A stretch of DNA of 64,000 nt, taken from positions 92,504,001-92,568,000 of the forward strand of contig OX597822.1 in the NCBI GenBank assembly GCA_951406725.2, read 5' to 3'. The position numbers and the translations under genes were made by a program. Below the pieces are notes generated by a model that searched no databases, was not told the origin of the DNA, and saw only the letters and a list, made by a program, of their open reading frames with translations. Positions 58,943 through 64,000 of this stretch are shown here, piece by piece. This DNA is from Octopus vulgaris (lineage: Eukaryota). Position 1 is the first letter of the stretch. Each line of letters opens with the position of its first letter.

Positions 58943-59595
58943 ACTAGCAGCTAAGCCCGGTTTCACCCGGTCTGTTTGGATGATGTGGCTGTGATCGCAT
59001 TCAGTTAGGCATTACCTATAAGAGCATTTCTCAACCTTATCATTTCGGGTCCCCTGTTTCGATTGGACCCTCCAGTTGTATGAAAATTTCCTGACCCTAC
59101 CATTTCCTTGTCAGAAAACAGCTTCAGGAGTTGTGAAGAACGATTTTGTACGTAGTCTGATCCTGAGAGCTATTCTATTAGACCTCTGTCTAATCATTAA
59201 AACATTGGGCAATCTTTCGATATGGGAACACACGACTTACAAACCACTTATAAACCACGTGTGTTTATTTACATTTTTGAAGATGATTATTATTTAAAAA
59301 TTATTATTTTTTTAATATGGAGTTGGGTGGTAAGGGGATCTTTTGAAGTCAGCATGAAAGCGAAAGAGACAGAGAGAGCGCGATTGTATGAGTGAAGTTC
59401 TTTTGAAGTTGGCGTGAAGCGGAAGAATTGATGTGCGCGTGTGTGTGTGTATGTGTGTGTGTGTATGTGTGTGTGTGAGAGAGAGAGAGAGAGTGTGAAT
59501 GTGTTTGATGGGGTGTGCGATACAGAATGTGCGGTGTGTATGTGAATTGCTTTTGTTAATGTGTGTGAAGAGACAGAGAGAGTAATGTTGCTGGT

Positions 59596-59657
<62 letters not shown>

Positions 59658-60245
59658 TGAAATTTTTTATTCACTTGTAGTGAGTGATTGACAGAGAAAA
59701 AGCGAGAGAGAAGTTATGTATGTATGTATGTATGTATGTATGTATGTATGTATGTATGAATGTATGTATATATGAATGGCTTCAATGACACACACACATG
59801 CAGGCAAGTTGTTATGTATGTATGTATGTATGTAACTATGTATGGCCGAGAGAGAGTTAACTGAAGTTTTGTTATTCACTTTTTGTAGTGAGTGAATGTG
59901 TGAGTGACTGACAGAGAAAAGGAGAGAGAGGTTATGTATGTATGTGTGTATGTATGAATGGCTTCGGCTGACTGTCATCCTGTACACCCCTTGTAGCTAG
60001 CGAAATGGTATATGCCGGCTGTATGAGCAACTGGTTGTTTTAATGGCGGGGAAATTCCATTAGAAAAAGTTTTAATAGATTTTCTCGGTAACTATGGGGG
60101 CTAGGAAAAATATAACCGCATTCCAATCTATGCACCCGTCTCCACATGTGTGTCATTTTTCATTCGAATCCACCCAGCCGTTTGGCTGTGAACCTCAAGA
60201 CAAGAAAGAATACAACGATCGCCCATGTCCAATTTATATTATAGA
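58943..60245 (-). mobile_element. Non-autonomous Helitron with internal microsatellites
   Basis: A|CTAG..CCCGGTTTCACCCGG; reverse 5' end TTTATATTATAGA. Confidence 0.7.
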
Positions 60246-60940
60246 CTAGCTTAAGATGACCCGCTCTACGCACGGGTGAGGGTGTAGTTATTACTTTCTG
60301 TCGTTTCCTCTCTGTTTCTTAAATCTTGCCTTAATTTTCAAAATTTCGAACCCATTTCCCGTGCTTAAATTACAAATCCGCTTCCACTTTACCATGTTGA
60401 AAATTTTATTGAAATCAGGCAAAAGGTGTCCAATCTAGACCACCAAGTGTCCCCCAAAGTCAATAAAATCTCCGTTTTCACAGTAAAGCAACCACTGCAG
60501 CGCCCCAAAACGTTTCCCAATCAATTTCTCACCTCAAGTTACCCCCTCCTGTACATTTATTTTAATCCCCTTCTAGCCCCATTTAGACCCCTTTTTTACA
60601 TTAAAATCCAATTTGTATCAACGTTCGCCTTCTTCATTTTAGATTAAAGATAACCGCCTTTAACCCATGCAGCAACACGAAAAGCCGCCATTATTCAAAC
60701 AGCGCAACCTGTCTATCTTATGAAACTCAATTTTTCCCATATTCCTCACCATGGCAACCAAATGGTAGCCCCGAGCAACTTGAAACCCTCCTCACACCAT
60801 TGCCCACCCCATTTTATCCAGTCCAGTGTAAATTTTGGCACCAATCCGATCCCATCTACCGCCCCTTAAACCGTTCCCATTCCAAAATGAGACAAATAAC
60901 CAAGAAATCAAACAACTTTTTCGCATTTCAGCTTTATAGA
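60246..60940 (-). mobile_element. Non-autonomous Helitron abutting the previous one
   Basis: CTAG..ACCCGCTCTACGCACGGGT hairpin; reverse 5' end CTTTATAGA|T. Confidence 0.7.
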
Positions 60941-60979
60941 TATTGATTATATATATACACACATATGTATGTATACACA

Positions 60980-61330
60980 TTATATATATATGGTAAAATG
61001 TCTGCGTGTGTGTCCTTTATACAAATCCACAATAGAGAGCTCGCACTTTTTATGGTCTTTCAAAACCATCCAATGGTGGTCGTGCACATCTTTACATTTC
61101 CCCAGTCACCCCGCAAAGCCATTAAAAAATCAATAGAAGTGACTTTTTTGTGAATTTTCTATCCAAAACCCAATCAAAATGCCCGAAACTTGATACGCCA
61201 ATTGAATGCCTGCTAGCTGTATGTGATTGGTCGGAGATTTGGACAGTACCCGCGTGTATGTGCGCACACACGCTGCTGTATATGCATGCACTAGCACTAT
61301 GACCCGGCAACGCCGGGTCATAGTGCTTGT
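60980..61330 (+). mobile_element. Helitron-like element with a long palindromic 3' end
   Basis: AGCACTATGACCCGGC-AAC-GCCGGGTCATAGTGCT. Confidence 0.6.
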
Positions 61331-61369
<39 letters not shown>

Positions 61370-61764
61370 CTAGCAGTATCGCCCAGCGTTGCTCGGGTTT
61401 GTAAGGGAAATAATTATATAAGCATTTTTAGAGATGTAAAGTATAATAGCCATCTCAATATGGCTAACCACAAAGGGGGAGGGGTGTTACTGTAGCTTTT
61501 TACGTTCTGAGATTTAATAATAAATTTTAGAGAGTTACTTCCCTTATATATGTCAAAAATGGATTAAAAATGGGAAAAATTGATGGTAAATTTTTTTTTA
61601 AATCGTAGACTCATCGTAGACGCGCGCTAATACCCAGACGGTCTCGATATGAATCAGGACTATAAGATACCCGGTTTTGGTTAAACTGCACCGCAAAATG
61701 TGGGAGTAGTTAGGAATCTAAATCGTAGGAGACAGACACACAACCTCACTTTTATATATAAAGA
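61370..61764 (-). mobile_element. Non-autonomous Helitron, same family as 63428-63959
   Basis: CTAGCAGTATCGCCCAGCGTTGCTCGGG; TTTTATATATAAAGA|T. Confidence 0.75.
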
Positions 61765-61928
61765 TTTCCTCTATTTACATAATATTGAGGTCTCTTTCTT
61801 TCTTTTGTTATCTTACTGTTTTTACCAATATACATATATATATATATATATAAATATATATATAGTTACAGAGATGTACTTGCATAGCAAGTGACTTGAT
61901 CTGAGATCGTGTGCTGGAACGAAAACAG

Positions 61929-62188
61929 TTGCAGCGTTGAAGGTGTTTATAAGCCATTTAAGAAACACACAAAAACCGTTAGATTCACTTCAACATTTAA
62001 ATTTAATTTGTCAAAATATTTTCATCGCTTTGAGACCGCGACCTGTTAGCACGATATTTTTGTCAGTGAACAGGTCGCGGTCTCAAAGCGACGAAAATAT
62101 TTTGGCAAATTAAATTTAAATGTTGAAGTGAATGTAACGGTTTTTGTGTGTTTCTTAAATGGCTTACAAACACCTTCCACGCTGCAAT
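61929..62188. repeat. Inverted repeat with about 119-bp arms and about 21-bp spacer
   Basis: 61929-62047 reverse-complements 62069-62188 with few mismatches. Confidence 0.95.
62059..62109 (+). ncRNA. Minimal type-I hammerhead-like motif, G3-C8 swapped core
   Basis: TTTGTCA-GTGAACA-G-GTCGC..GCGAC-GAAA-ATAT-TT-TGGCAAA. Confidence 0.6.
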
Positions 62189-62249
62189 ATATATATACAC
62201 ACATATATATATATGTATGTATGTATGTATGTGTGTGTATGTGTATGCA

Positions 62250-62486
62250 TGTATGTGTGTGTGTGTGCGTGTCTGTGCTTGTGATTGTTCTCCACCACTG
62301 CTTGACAACGAATGTTGGTTTGTTTACATCCCTGTCACCTAGTGGTTTGACAAAGGAAACAGATAGAATAAGTACAATGCTTACAAAAATAAAACGAGTT
62401 GATTCATTAAACTACAATTCTTCAAGGCATTGCCCCAGCATGGCCACAGACCAATGGCTGGAAAAAAGCAGAAGAATAAAAGAATA
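62250..62486 (+). mobile_element. Diverged SINE family 1, 3' half
   Basis: GCTTGACAAC, GATAGAATAAGTAC, CCCCAGCATGGCC. Confidence 0.75.
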
Positions 62487-62551
62487 CATTCTCTGCTTTG
62501 GTCTTATGTTCAAGGCATGAGAAAGCTTGAGTTTACATGAGAAGGCCTAAC

Positions 62552-62925
62552 AGACCTGGTAGAAACAGCAGCCAAATCTCCCTCAAATCACACCTTACTG
62601 TCTTATGTATGTATATATATATGAGCCAATGAGGGGGACCTCTACATGGTAGCTAGACCTGGTAGAAATAGCAGCCAAATTTCCCCCAAATCACACCTTA
62701 CTGTCTTATCTATGTATATATGTATGTATGAGCCTATGAGGGAGACCCCTACATGGCAGCTAGACCTGGTAGAAATAGCAGCCAAATTTCCCCCAAATCA
62801 CACCTTACTGTCTTATCTATGTATATATGTATGTATGAGCCTATGAGGGAGACCCCTACATGGCAGCTAGACATGGTAGAAATAGCAGCCAAATCTCCCT
62901 CAAATCACACCTTACTGTCTTATCT
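62552..62925. repeat. Tandem repeat, about 107-bp unit x3.5
   Basis: AGAC.TGGTAGAAA.AGCAGCCAAAT at 62552, 62655, 62762, 62869. Confidence 0.93.
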
Positions 62926-63427
62926 TTCTGCTACTTGGATATAGGTGTTATATTCGTCGTAAAAAAACTTTCCTGTCACACACTCACGCACACACACACA
63001 CACACGCACCCTCACACACACACACACGCGCACACCCACACCCACCCACTCACACACACGCACGTTAGCTTACAATTTTATTTATATATTTGCGTGTGTA
63101 TATGTGGAAAGAGGAAGTGGGAGGCAGAGTGAAAGAATCACTCACTACAGTAAGTCAATTACTTTCATTTTATTCGTTGCCCACTGTGTGTGTGCGTTTG
63201 CGTGTGCTGTAAACCAGACTAAGAAAAGCATTTGACACACACACCAGAATGTGAGTTTTCTGTAAATTTTGCTTAATTGGAGTTTAAATTTTAAAAACTG
63301 GACCTGGCATGACGCGATGCATTGTACTCTCAAAAATGCCAAGTAAATTGTAATTGAAGAAATCCTATATTGTAGATTTGTATAACTCCCAAAGGGAGGC
63401 AGATAAAATCTGCCTTTTATAATAAGA

Positions 63428-63959
63428 CTAGCAGTATCGCCCGGCGTTGCTCGGGTTTGTAAGGGAAATAACTATATAAGCATTTTTAGAGAGTTATAGC
63501 CAAAAAATAGCAAAAAATGCATTAAAAATGGAAAAAATATGATGGTAATTTTTTTAAAAATCGTTGACTCATCGTAGACATTTTTAGAGAGTTACTTCCC
63601 TTATATAATAGCGAAAAAATGCATTAAAATGGAAAAAAAACGATGGTAAATTTTTTTTTAAATCGTAGACTCATGTAGACGCTTTCTTAGCCATTTCTGT
63701 TTTGGTGTCTTCAAGCCATGAAGTCGTTGTTCTAAAAGAACACTGGTCTCCTTGACAACGCATTACGACGTTGATTTCCTTACACTCCCTTCCCCACAGG
63801 TGCAGGTGTGAGCGTGGACGCCAACTCCGCCGCCATCGACACACGAAAAATTATGCATTAAAATGGAATAAAAAATGATGTTAAATTATTTTTAAAATCG
63901 TAAGGAATCTAAATCGAAGGGGACAGACACTCACACAACTACAGTTTTATATATATAGA
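63428..63959 (-). mobile_element. Non-autonomous Helitron abutting another Helitron-like 5' end (about 62935-63427)
   Basis: CTAGCAGTATCGCCCGGCGTTGCTCGGG; TTTTATATATATAGA|T. Confidence 0.75.
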
Positions 63960-64000
63960 TATACATAGCGCAGTAGTGGTGAGATATGACAGCAAAGAAA

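Noticed and set aside
62552-62925. CRISPR-like array, with TAGAAATAGCA resembling the sgRNA scaffold
   Set aside because: Whole units repeat with no unique spacers, eukaryotic context, no cas genes; the short match is coincidental

Overview
AT-rich eukaryotic DNA that is almost entirely repeats. The SINE, LINE and (TA)n landscape looks like a cephalopod (Octopus-like) genome; this is inferred from recognition, not a database search. No intact host gene is visible, and most ORF-track hits are Tyr/Ile artefacts of (TA)n/(CA)n microsatellites. The window holds CR1-group LINEs (one young copy with a single frameshift), RTE, L1/Tx1 and Gypsy remnants, Penelope-like elements of two clades, two tRNA-derived SINE families, piggyBac, Tc1/maT, mariner and pogo DNA elements, and many non-autonomous Helitrons. 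The most interesting signals are: (1) dispersed minimal type-I hammerhead ribozyme motifs with C3-G8, U3-A8 and G3-C8 core variants, several in Penelope pLTR-like repeats; (2) a covarying 3' stem-loop shared by a SINE and three LINE subfamilies; (3) precise head-to-tail Helitron junctions and SINE-carrying mosaic modules; (4) repeated fold-back inversions, several centred on (TA)n; (5) a MITE carrying TTAGGG repeats; (6) a repeat-poor island at about 33-36.9 kb that may be regulatory. Coordinates were read by eye and boundaries are approximate.
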